Of a DNA stretch of 64,000 bases, positions 38,170-46,672 are shown piece after piece. The position numbers and the translations under genes were made by a program. Each line of letters opens with the position of its first letter. The stretch's first letter is position 1. The stretch comes from an uncultured Phycisphaeraceae bacterium (GTDB taxonomy: Bacteria > Planctomycetota > Phycisphaerae > UBA1845). The notes under the pieces are model-generated. The model saw nothing but the letters and a program-made list of their open reading frames with translations. It was not told the DNA's origin and made no database searches. The stretch lies in NCBI GenBank assembly GCA_964586145.1, contig CAZPHH010000009.1:5912-69911 (forward strand). Direction: 5' to 3'.

Positions 38170-38188
38170 TTGAAGTGAGGCAACAACC

Positions 38189-39379
38189 ATGGCGACGAAA
38201 TCGCTCGACATCAAGCTGGCCCGAATCAAGGCCGACCGGAACTGCAGGGAGTTCATCATCGCGGACGCGAAGGATGCGGACATGGCGTACGGCATCGCGT
38301 CCCCGGGCAAGAGCCCGGAAATGCATGCCCACGAAGCCCGGTTCCGCGGCCTGGAAGACTATCGCGAGTGTATCCGGCAGGTCGTTCACCACGGCCGCGT
38401 CGACGTCATGCTGATGTCCGCCCATACGAACTCCATTCTCACCGTGCGCGAGAAGCTGTTCGAGAACTCCCACGTGACACCCGCCGCCCGGGCCAACGAC
38501 ACCACGGACATCCACGTGGCGCGCCAGGGCGTGTACACGGGCGAACCCTCCCGGCCATTCGAAAGCACGACGATCGATCACATCCAGTGCGGCTATATCG
38601 ACTGCCGGGAGGAGGACCGCGCGATCGGGGCCAACCTCGGGCTGTACAGCGTCACGTTCAACAACGACGTGGAGCTCGACCGGCAGACGATGGAGCGATA
38701 CAAGGCGTTTCGCATTGAGGCGGAGCGTAAGGGCTTCCGGCACTTCCTGGAGGTGTTTGACCCCAACAAACCACAGAACCCCATCGACCCGACCCAGCTC
38801 GGCGGATTCATCAACGATATGGTCGTGCGAATGCTCGCCGGCGTTCCCGACGCCGGCCGGCCCCTTTTCCTCAAGATGGTCTACCACGGCCCGAAGTTCA
38901 CCGAAGAGCTGGCCAATTACGATCCGAAGCTCGTGGTGGGCGTTCTGGGCGGGGCGTCCGGCACCACCTACGACGCGTTCAAGCTGATCGCCGAGGCACA
39001 GAAACACGGCGCCCGTGTCGCCCTCTTCGGCCGCAAGATCAACAACGCCGAACACCAGTTGGCCTTCGTCGAGATGCTTCGCCGCATCGTGGATGGCGAC
39101 CTCTCGCCGGAAGAAGCCGTCCACGCCTACCACGGCGTGCTCCAGGCCCTGAACATCCGCCCCCATCGCCCGCTGGAGGACGACCTGCAGCTCACGAACC
39201 CTGCCGTGGGCCACAGCGGCGGACACACCATCAGCCTGCCGCCCGCACGGCGTGACGGCGCCGCCCGCGCCCCCTCCGGCCGCAAACCCCGCACCCAGCC
39301 GGACTTCTCCAAGATGACCAGCGAGGAGCGTCTGGCCTACCATCGCGGTCGGCTCCGCGGGATCGGAACGTGGTCATGA
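38189..39379 (+). CDS. class I aldolase-like TIM-barrel protein (DeoC/LacD/FbaB family) with ~60-aa C-terminal extension
   Basis: Hand alignment to YihT/LacD-type aldolases: GFRHFLEVFDP ~ strand with Glu, PLFLKMVYHG ~ Schiff-base Lys strand, VVGVLGGASGT...ALFGRKI ~ phosphate-binding end. There is a disordered P/R-rich tail ending in a short helix. Confidence 0.65.
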   Translation: MATKSLDIKLARIKADRNCREFIIADAKDADMAYGIASPGKSPEMHAHEARFRGLEDYRECIRQVVHHGRVDVMLMSAHTNSILTVREKLFENSHVTPAARANDTTDIHVARQGVYTGEPSRPFESTTIDHIQCGYIDCREEDRAIGANLGLYSVTFNNDVELDRQTMERYKAFRIEAERKGFRHFLEVFDPNKPQNPIDPTQLGGFINDMVVRMLAGVPDAGRPLFLKMVYHGPKFTEELANYDPKLVVGVLGGASGTTYDAFKLIAEAQKHGARVALFGRKINNAEHQLAFVEMLRRIVDGDLSPEEAVHAYHGVLQALNIRPHRPLEDDLQLTNPAVGHSGGHTISLPPARRDGAARAPSGRKPRTQPDFSKMTSEERLAYHRGRLRGIGTWS

Positions 39380-40704
39380 CGACCCTCAGACTCGATACCT
39401 CGGGTCTGCTGGATCGCATCGCGGCCAACGGCGTCGTCGGGGCCGGCGGGGCCGGCTTCCCCACGCACGTGAAGCTGGCCGGCAAGGTGGACACGGTCAT
39501 TCTGAACGCCGCCGAGTGCGAGCCGCTGCTCCACAAGGACAAGGAAATGCTGCGGCGCTACCCGGAGCAGGTCCTGGCCGGTCTGGTCGCGGCAGGTGAA
39601 CTGACGGGCGCGCGGGAGGTCATCGTCGGCGTCAAGGGCAAGTACGCCGAAGTGATCCGCCAAGTGCGTCCTCTCATGCCGTCGCACGGCCGCGTCGTGC
39701 CTCTTGCTGACGCCTATCCGGCCGGGGACGAGTTTATCCTGGTCTACGACGTGACGGGCCGGATCATTCCGCCCGGCGCCATTCCGCCGGTGGTCGGATG
39801 TGCCGTCCTGAACGTGGAGACCGCATACAACATCGGTGCCGGAAAGCCCGTTACAGAGAAGTTCCTCACGGTCGCCGGCGCCGTGAAGCGGCCGGTGACG
39901 CTTCGGGTCCCGGTGGGAATTCGCCTCGCGGAGGCCATCGATCTGGCCGGTGGGGCCACCGTTGACGATGCCCGCGTCCTGATCGGCGGAGTCATGATGG
40001 GGCAGCTTGCCGCTTCGCTCGATGAGCCCGTGACCAAGACCTGCGGCGGGCTCATCGTGCTGGGGCCGGACCACATGCTCGTGCGGCGATACGAGAGCCC
40101 GTGGAAGGAAATCGCCCGCATCGGCGCCGGCGCCTGCGACCAGTGCACGTTCTGTACGGAATTCTGTCCGCGCTACCTGTTGGGCCACCCGATCGAGCCG
40201 CACAAGGCGATGCGGTCGCTCGGCTTCGTAGAGGATCGCGAGCCGACGGTCATCGGCACGCAGTTCTGCTGCGAGTGCAACCTCTGCACGATGATCGCCT
40301 GCCCGGAGGATCTGGACCCCAAGAACGTCTGTACGCACAACAAGCGCCGGCTCGCCGCTGAGGGCCGCCAGTGGAGGGTCGACGCCAATCCGGACCGCGC
40401 CCGATTGCACATGGACGACCGGCGCGTTCCGATCAGCCGGCTCATCCGGAAGCTCGGGCTGTCGCAGTTCACGAACGAAGGTCCGCTGGAAGAGCCGGGC
40501 TACCGACCGGCCCGCGTGGTTCTGCCCCTCAAGCAACATGCAGGCGCGCCGGCAGAGCCGGTTGTGTCTTCCGGGGCCCGCGTGCGCCTCGGCGACGTGG
40601 TGGCGCGTCCGCCGAAGGACGCGCTGGGCGCCGTGATCCACGCCACCATCGACGGGGTCTGTGAGGTGTCGAAAGGCCAGGTAATCATCGCGGCGGCCGG
40701 ATGA
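39376..40704 (+). CDS. PduS/RnfC-like flavo-iron-sulfur oxidoreductase
   Basis: GAGGAGFPTHVK nucleotide motif, SLBB-like middle, two ferredoxin motifs CDQCTFCTEFCP and CCECNLCTMIACP. The ATG at 39376 overlaps the aldolase stop (ATGA). Confidence 0.85.
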   Translation: MTTLRLDTSGLLDRIAANGVVGAGGAGFPTHVKLAGKVDTVILNAAECEPLLHKDKEMLRRYPEQVLAGLVAAGELTGAREVIVGVKGKYAEVIRQVRPLMPSHGRVVPLADAYPAGDEFILVYDVTGRIIPPGAIPPVVGCAVLNVETAYNIGAGKPVTEKFLTVAGAVKRPVTLRVPVGIRLAEAIDLAGGATVDDARVLIGGVMMGQLAASLDEPVTKTCGGLIVLGPDHMLVRRYESPWKEIARIGAGACDQCTFCTEFCPRYLLGHPIEPHKAMRSLGFVEDREPTVIGTQFCCECNLCTMIACPEDLDPKNVCTHNKRRLAAEGRQWRVDANPDRARLHMDDRRVPISRLIRKLGLSQFTNEGPLEEPGYRPARVVLPLKQHAGAPAEPVVSSGARVRLGDVVARPPKDALGAVIHATIDGVCEVSKGQVIIAAAG

Positions 40705-41300
40705 CGTTGGAGCAATCACACATGCTCGAATCCGTGGGAATCATCGAATTGACCAGCGTGGGCATCGGATACGTCGTGCAGGACGCCATGCTCAAGGCGG
40801 CGGACGTCCGGCTGGTCCTGGGCCGCACCATCTGCTCCGGCAAATACATCATCGCGGTCACCGGCCAGGTGGCGGCCGTCACGGCCGCCGTTGAGAATGG
40901 CCTGGAAGCGGCGCCGGATGGCGTCATCGATCACTGCATCATCCCGCGGATTCACCCGACCGTATTCCGGGCGCTGGGCGGCGGCGTGGAATTGCACGTG
41001 CCGCACGCCGGCGTGGACGCGGAACACCCGCCCAAGGCGCTCGGCGTCGTCGAGACGTTCTCCGGCGTCAGCGTATTGGAGGCAGCCGACGCCGCGGCAA
41101 AGGCCGCAAACGTCGCACTCTTCCGCATCCACATGGCCATGGCCCTGGGCGGCAAGGGCTACATGCTGATGGCCGGCACGGTGTCGGACGTGCAGGCGTC
41201 CGTTGCGGCCGCCGCGGAAATCGTACGCAGGAAGGGCCTCCTCGTCTCCGCCGTTACCATCCCCGGCCCCTCGCGCGAACTGTTCTCCGAATACCTGTAG
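40701..41300 (+). CDS. BMC-T tandem-domain shell protein (PduT-like, Fe-S pore Cys conserved)
   Basis: Two BMC domains. Aligns along its length to PduT, including the RTICSGKY context of the pore [4Fe-4S] cysteine. ATGA overlap with the PduS-like gene. Confidence 0.9.
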   Translation: MTLEQSHMLESVGIIELTSVGIGYVVQDAMLKAADVRLVLGRTICSGKYIIAVTGQVAAVTAAVENGLEAAPDGVIDHCIIPRIHPTVFRALGGGVELHVPHAGVDAEHPPKALGVVETFSGVSVLEAADAAAKAANVALFRIHMAMALGGKGYMLMAGTVSDVQASVAAAAEIVRRKGLLVSAVTIPGPSRELFSEYL

Positions 41301-41440
41301 GGCGTCGCCGCCGACAACGGCCGCGTTTTCCCGCTATCGCACACGGTGCGACCGCACGCTTCCCCACCCTCCCGGCCAGCCTTGCCGCCACCCTCCGTGT
41401 TCGCGACATCCCCCGCTTCGGAGCATCCAGCGCAACGCGC

Positions 41441-41470
41441 ATAAAATTGGGCAGGCTTCTCAGCCTGCCC
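41441..41470 (-). terminator. Rho-independent terminator (minus strand), ~300 nt downstream of the GT2 gene
   Basis: GGGCAGGCT-GAGA-AGCCTGCCC 9-bp stem followed by AATTTTAT on the minus strand. Confidence 0.5.
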
Positions 41471-41594
41471 GATGGGACTTCCCCACGAGACTCGCACCAC
41501 TCCCTGCTCTCCCCGCGAGCTCGCCGGGAACCCCCATGCCCTCTCCCCACCCATCCCCCCTTGTGACCCCTCGCGTTCACCCCATCGGCCCGAT
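41441..41594 (-). ncRNA. speculative ~150-nt G-rich small RNA
   Basis: Minus-strand TTGACA (41629-41624), 17 nt, TAGGTT (41606-41601), same architecture as the 5S and S10 promoters. Ends at the 41441-41470 terminator. No family recognised. Confidence 0.2.
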
Positions 41595-41618
41595 GGGCAT
41601 AACCTACCTCAGGACAGT

Positions 41619-41648
41619 CTGGATGTCAAGCCATCCAGGAACTTTTTT
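41619..41648 (+). terminator. Rho-independent terminator (plus strand) downstream of the BMC operon
   Basis: CTGGATG-TCAAGC-CATCCAG stem-loop followed by GAACTTTTTT. Confidence 0.6.
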
Positions 41649-41771
41649 ACCCAATATCTGCTCGCTTACGTAACGAATTGCAAAACAACAAGTTACGGAG
41701 ATTCCCAAAAGAAGGATCGCCAGGAGCTTCTTGAGCCGTGAGCTGGAGAAACTCGACTCCGCCCGAGGACG

Positions 41772-43346
41772 CTACCGTCGCTCCGGCCCGTTGCCGATCC
41801 GAGCGGCCGCCTCGGCCGGAACCTCGTGCGGCGGAATCGCCGGGTCGCCAGCCTTAGCCAGCCATGGGCTCAGCAAGGTGGTGAGCCCCACGTAGAGGAA
41901 GCCCACGGCAAACAGAGACATGAAGAAGGCGCCGATGGTGATCCATCCGCTGCGGATGCACAGGACCAGGCAGACGAACATGTTGGCGCCCATGACGATT
42001 TCCACAATCGCCAGCCAGGGCACCCGGCGGCGCCGCTTGGAGTACGCGGTCCGCTGCCGCCAGGCCCGCTCCTGCGAGCTGGCCACGCCGAATTTGGGCG
42101 TACGCACGAACTCGCTGACCTTCCCCGTGAACCCCTCCAGCGTGGCCAGGGCGTTGTTGTAGCAGATGCCGATGCCCAGCGCCATCAGGAACGGCAGATA
42201 CTTGAGGCTCTCCACCCACGTGCGCTGCAGCTCACGTTGGCTGCACACGTAGAAGCTGCTGGCCGAACAGGTAGCCACGATGAACAGCGACACGTCCACC
42301 AGATAGATCCGGAACGGGGAGGCCGGTGCCCCGCCCCACCGCAACAGCAGCACGGGCAGCAGCAGCAGCGTGAGGGCGACCATGTACAGGTAGACCGTGC
42401 AACTGGTCAGATGGAAGAACGCCTCCACCTTGATTCGCACCGGCAGTCGCGACCGCAGGATTTTCGGAAGCAGTTTGCGGCAGGTCTGGGCGCCCCCCTT
42501 GGCCCAGCGATGCTGCTGGGATTTGAACGCCGCCATGTCTGGCGGCAGTTCCGCCGGGGAGGCCACGGTGGGCAGAAACAGGAACTTCCATCCCTTGAGC
42601 TGCGCGCGATAGGACAGATCGAGGTCTTCGGTCAGGGTGTCATGCTCCCAGCCGCCGGCGTCCTGAATGCACGACTTGCGCCAGATGCCCGCCGTGCCGT
42701 TGAAACTCATGAAGCGTCCACTGCGATTGCGTGCCCCGTGCTCCATCACGAAATGCCCGTCCAGCAGAATCGCCTGAGTCCGGGTCAGCAGCGAGTGCTC
42801 GCGGTTGATGTGCTCCCAACGGGCCTGCACCATGCCGACGCGACTGTCCGTGAAGTAGTGAACGGTGTCCGTCAGGATGTTCGTCGGCGGCACGAAGTCT
42901 GCATCAAAGATGCACACAAACTCCCCTGTCGCGGTCTTCAGGCCGTTCTCCAGGGCGCCGGCCTTGTAGCCAGTGCGGTCGGTCCGGTGAATGTACTCGA
43001 TGTCGTGCCCCTCGCGCCGCATTCGATCCACCGCGGCCTGCGCAATCTCCACGGTGTCGTCCGTGGAATCGTCCAGCACCTGGATCTGCAGGCGATCGCG
43101 GGGGTACTCCACTTCACACGTGGTCTCGATGATCCGCTCGGCCACGTAGCGCTCGTTGTACATCGGGAGCTGAATCGTGACGCGCGGCATTTCGTCAAAC
43201 CGGACGGGCGGCTTCTTCGGCACGTTCCGCGCGTGCTTGTAGTACAGATACACCAGGTGGTACCGGTGCAGTCCGTACAAGCAGATCATCAGCATGATCA
43301 GACTGTACAGCCCGTAGATCACGTAGTTAAGCGTGTAGTGCGGCAT
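41772..43346 (-). CDS. processive GT2 beta-glycan synthase (CslA/cellulose-synthase-like)
   Basis: DDSTD, FDADF, TEDLDLS and QQHRW motifs with multiple C-terminal TM helices. Confidence 0.85.
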   Translation of the reverse strand: MPHYTLNYVIYGLYSLIMLMICLYGLHRYHLVYLYYKHARNVPKKPPVRFDEMPRVTIQLPMYNERYVAERIIETTCEVEYPRDRLQIQVLDDSTDDTVEIAQAAVDRMRREGHDIEYIHRTDRTGYKAGALENGLKTATGEFVCIFDADFVPPTNILTDTVHYFTDSRVGMVQARWEHINREHSLLTRTQAILLDGHFVMEHGARNRSGRFMSFNGTAGIWRKSCIQDAGGWEHDTLTEDLDLSYRAQLKGWKFLFLPTVASPAELPPDMAAFKSQQHRWAKGGAQTCRKLLPKILRSRLPVRIKVEAFFHLTSCTVYLYMVALTLLLLPVLLLRWGGAPASPFRIYLVDVSLFIVATCSASSFYVCSQRELQRTWVESLKYLPFLMALGIGICYNNALATLEGFTGKVSEFVRTPKFGVASSQERAWRQRTAYSKRRRRVPWLAIVEIVMGANMFVCLVLCIRSGWITIGAFFMSLFAVGFLYVGLTTLLSPWLAKAGDPAIPPHEVPAEAAARIGNGPERR

Positions 43347-43494
43347 GTGCGAAACTCATCCCTTGGCGCCCGACCCCGGACGGGCGTTCCGCGCCTTCCT
43401 CGCCCTCATCCGCAAGGAGGGTGTTTCATTCTAGCCGGAAGTGGTTCTGGTGACAACAGTTACCGGCATGCCCGATCCCGGCCCCATCGCGTCC

Positions 43495-43920
43495 CTACTC
43501 ACTCAGCGCCGCGTGAAGGGCCTCAACCAGCGCTTCCGCCCGACCCGGCTCATACCGCCCGGGGCGCCACCGATAGCCCAGCCCGTCGCCCTCCCGCCGC
43601 GGAATCAGGTGGAAGTGAAGGTGCATGACCTCCTGACCGGCCACCCGCCCGTTGTTCTGGAGCACGTTATACCCGTCGGCGGCCACGACGTTCCGAATCG
43701 CTCGTCCCAGCCGGGGCAACGACCGGCACAGCCCGGCGGCCTGCGACTCATCCAAATCGTCCAGCGCCACGATGTGGTCCCGGGGCACCCAGAGAATGTG
43801 CCCTTCCGCCAGCGGGCCGATGTCGAGGAACGCCAGCCCGTGCTCCGTTTCAAGGACTTTGTGGCAGGGGATTTCGCCGTGGATGATCCGGCAGAAGATG
43901 CACTGGGGGTCCCGAGGCAT
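43495..43920 (-). CDS. HIT-family nucleotide hydrolase/transferase
   Basis: CIFCRI zinc-like motif and histidine triad HLHFHLIP. Confidence 0.9.
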   Translation of the reverse strand: MPRDPQCIFCRIIHGEIPCHKVLETEHGLAFLDIGPLAEGHILWVPRDHIVALDDLDESQAAGLCRSLPRLGRAIRNVVAADGYNVLQNNGRVAGQEVMHLHFHLIPRREGDGLGYRWRPGRYEPGRAEALVEALHAALSE

Positions 43921-44013
43921 GGTCGCTTCCCTCCATGGCGTCCGGGCTGTCGCCCGTCCTCGGTCGACTCAGGCCTGGCCACCAGCCGCCCGCAACGAGA
44001 GGTCTGCGCCCCC

Positions 44014-44679
44014 TTACTCGGCCGGCGCGTCGGCCCCGTTGGCGGCCTTGCCCTCGGCCCCGACCCGACTGGTCTTGACGCCTTTGCGGGTCATGGCTAC
44101 GGCGAACGCATAGCGGGCGTCGGCCCGGCGATGTCGCGCGGTCTTGGGCGAACGGGCCACGGGGCCCGGCCCCTTCTCCTCTCCAACCAGTTGAACGATC
44201 GCCTGGGGGCTGTGGTCGCCGATGCGCGGGCGGGCCACTCGAATGATCCGGGTGTATCCGCCGTTTCGGTCGGCATACCGGGGTGCGATGGTGTTGATCA
44301 GCCGATGCGTCACGGACTCGCCGGTGAAGGCAAGGCGACCGCGCGGCTGCCCCGTGCGGTGTCGGCGCCCGCTGCGATACCGCAGCGCTGCCTGACGCTT
44401 TGCATCGGGCATGCCGTCATACGCCTCCTGATGCTCGGCCGGAATCAAGGTGCGGTCCGACAGGAGCTTGTGAATCTGCCGACGGGCCGTCTGACTCCCG
44501 TTCTGGGCCTCCTTCGCCAGGGTGATGAGCTTCTCCGCAAACGGACGGATGTCCTTCGCCTTGGCCAGCGTGGTCTTCACCTCGCCGTGCTCGAGGAGGC
44601 TCTGGGCAAGGTTGCGCTGCATGGCCCGGCGATGCGCCGAGGTCCGGTTCAACTTCTTCTTGGATATACGGTGTCTCAT
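44014..44679 (-). CDS. rplQ: 50S ribosomal protein L17 (extended, 221 aa)
   Basis: MRHRISKKKLNRTSAHRRAMQRNLAQSL...TTLAKAKDIRPFAEKLITLAK. Has internal and C-terminal extra sequence relative to the 127-aa E. coli L17. Confidence 0.9.
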   Translation of the reverse strand: MRHRISKKKLNRTSAHRRAMQRNLAQSLLEHGEVKTTLAKAKDIRPFAEKLITLAKEAQNGSQTARRQIHKLLSDRTLIPAEHQEAYDGMPDAKRQAALRYRSGRRHRTGQPRGRLAFTGESVTHRLINTIAPRYADRNGGYTRIIRVARPRIGDHSPQAIVQLVGEEKGPGPVARSPKTARHRRADARYAFAVAMTRKGVKTSRVGAEGKAANGADAPAE

Positions 44680-44791
44680 GGTCCTCGACCGTCCACTTCA
44701 CGGAACCACGGCTGTCCGCTTCGCGGCCGACAGCCCTTGCGATATCTCTGACTACCTCCGAGCGGGCAGACGCGCCATTCCGGCGCGGGCC

Positions 44792-45880
44792 TCACACACT
44801 CTCCAGAGGTTCCTGCTCCATACCACTGCCGATGCCCTCGGTGTCCGATTCGCTCAGCCCGGCGCCGGGGGGCAAACCCTCCGGCCGCCCGCCGCCGATG
44901 CTCATGCCCAGCGTCAGGCCAAGGTCCGCCAGCTTGCGTCGCACCTCCCGCAGGGACGTCTTGCCGAAGCTGCGTACGCGGAGCAGGTCGGCCTCCGTCT
45001 TGCGGATGAGCTCGCCGATCGTGGCCACCCGCGCCGACTCCAGGCAGTTGCTCGCCCGAACGGAAAGCTCCAAATCCGCGATGGGGCGAGCCAGGGTGGC
45101 CTGCATTTCGGAATCCAGCCGCTCCTCGATCACCGGACGGTGCGGCGTCTCGGTCACGACATCGTGCCCGAGCTCGTAGTACTGGACAAACGGGTTGAGG
45201 TGCTTGCGGAGGATCTTGGCCGCCTCCACCACCGCATCCTCCGGAAGCAGCGTCCCGCGCGTCCAGACTTCGAGAATCAGCCGGTCGTAGTTCGTGCGCT
45301 GTCCGACACGCGTGTCCTCCGTCCGGTATCGCACCCGCACCACGGGCGAAAAGACCGAATCGACCGGAATCACGCCAAGCTGCTGCTCCGGGCCCTCGTT
45401 CTCCTCGGCCGGCCGGTATCCTCGGCCCTTTCCGACCGTCATCTCCATCTCGAAGGGCACATCGTCTGTGAGCGTGCAAAGGAGCTGGTCCTGGTTGACG
45501 ATCTCGGCACCGGCTTCGGCCTCGATCGCCGAAGCGCGGATCTCGCCCGCCTTCGAGGCCGCGACCCGCATCGTTTTGACTGTCTCCTCGTCTCCCTCCA
45601 CCTGCACGACCAGGCTCTTGACGTTCAGGATGATGTCGGTCACGTCCTCCAGCACGCCGGGCAGGGAGGTGAACTCGTGCGACGCCCCCGTAATTTTTAC
45701 GGCGGTCACCGCCGCGCCCTCCAGGCTCGACAGGAGAATCCGCCGGAGGGAGTTGCCCACCGTCGTCCCGAACCCTCGCTCGAACGGTTCAATAATGAAC
45801 CGTCCATATGTGGGCGTGCATACCGTCTCATCCTTGACAACCCGGCTCGGCAGTTCCAACCCTCGCCACCTGATACGCAT
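44792..45880 (-). CDS. rpoA: DNA-directed RNA polymerase subunit alpha
   Basis: YGRFIIEPFERGFGTTVGNSLRRILLSS and the C-terminal domain ELSVRASNCL. ATG 45880 follows GGAGGAG. Confidence 0.92.
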   Translation of the reverse strand: MRIRWRGLELPSRVVKDETVCTPTYGRFIIEPFERGFGTTVGNSLRRILLSSLEGAAVTAVKITGASHEFTSLPGVLEDVTDIILNVKSLVVQVEGDEETVKTMRVAASKAGEIRASAIEAEAGAEIVNQDQLLCTLTDDVPFEMEMTVGKGRGYRPAEENEGPEQQLGVIPVDSVFSPVVRVRYRTEDTRVGQRTNYDRLILEVWTRGTLLPEDAVVEAAKILRKHLNPFVQYYELGHDVVTETPHRPVIEERLDSEMQATLARPIADLELSVRASNCLESARVATIGELIRKTEADLLRVRSFGKTSLREVRRKLADLGLTLGMSIGGGRPEGLPPGAGLSESDTEGIGSGMEQEPLESV

Positions 45881-45962
45881 CGACTTGATCTCCTCCGCGG
45901 GGTTACATCGATGAATCGCGGTCCGGCTCGTCACAGGCCGCAGGCCCGTCTCACCGGCGGGC

Positions 45963-46598
45963 CTAGCGGCTGCACATTTCCACGATCAGTTGCGTCTGCA
46001 CCGCAGGCACCTGGGCGTCCTCGGGGCCGGGCAGCGCCACCACCTGCGCCTCCAGCCGGTTCACGTCCAGACTCAGCCACGGCTGCACCTGCGGCGTCCC
46101 CTCGCCGAGAGTCGCGCGGATGAACTTCTGACTGCTTTCCGTCGGCCGCGCGCCGATCTTGTCTCCCACGGACACCAGGTATCCCGGACGGTTCACTTTG
46201 CGACCGTTCACGTGGATGTGACCGTGCCCGATGACCTGCCGCGCCGACCGGCGCGACGGGGCAAATCCCAGCTTATGCACGACGTTGTCCAAACGGCGCT
46301 CCACGGTGATCAGCAGCGCGTCGCCCGTGTTGATGCGGGCCCGCTCCGCCATCCGGAAGTACACCATGAATTGCCGCTCCAGAAGCCCGTAGTACCGTTT
46401 GAACTTCTGCTTCTCCCGAAGCCGCACGCCGTAGGAACTCGCCTGACGCCGCCGGCGGAACGCATGCATGCCCGGCGGGAAGTTCCGCCACTGCCGCTCC
46501 AGCGGGCACTTGGCCGTCTCACAGCGCACACCCTTGAGGTGAAGCTTCTTGCCCTCTCGCCGACATTGCCGGCACGCCGGCCCCAGATATCGTCCCAT
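45963..46598 (-). CDS. rpsD: 30S ribosomal protein S4
   Basis: MGRYLGPACRQCRREGKKLHLKG...RLDNVV...S4 domain. First 35 codons of the track ORF rejected. Confidence 0.92.
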   Translation of the reverse strand: MGRYLGPACRQCRREGKKLHLKGVRCETAKCPLERQWRNFPPGMHAFRRRRQASSYGVRLREKQKFKRYYGLLERQFMVYFRMAERARINTGDALLITVERRLDNVVHKLGFAPSRRSARQVIGHGHIHVNGRKVNRPGYLVSVGDKIGARPTESSQKFIRATLGEGTPQVQPWLSLDVNRLEAQVVALPGPEDAQVPAVQTQLIVEMCSR

Positions 46599-46672
46599 GA
46601 CTGCTCGCCTGATCCAATCGTTCGTTTCCGTCCCGATTCCGCGGTCGGCACCCGGCCGCCGCGTGGACGGGC

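Noticed and set aside
41301-41330. Immediate intrinsic terminator right after the BMC-T stop (GCCG-ACAA-CGGC followed by GTTTTCCC).
   Set aside because: The stem is only 4 bp, too weak. The much better hairpin plus T6 at 41619-41648 is preferred.
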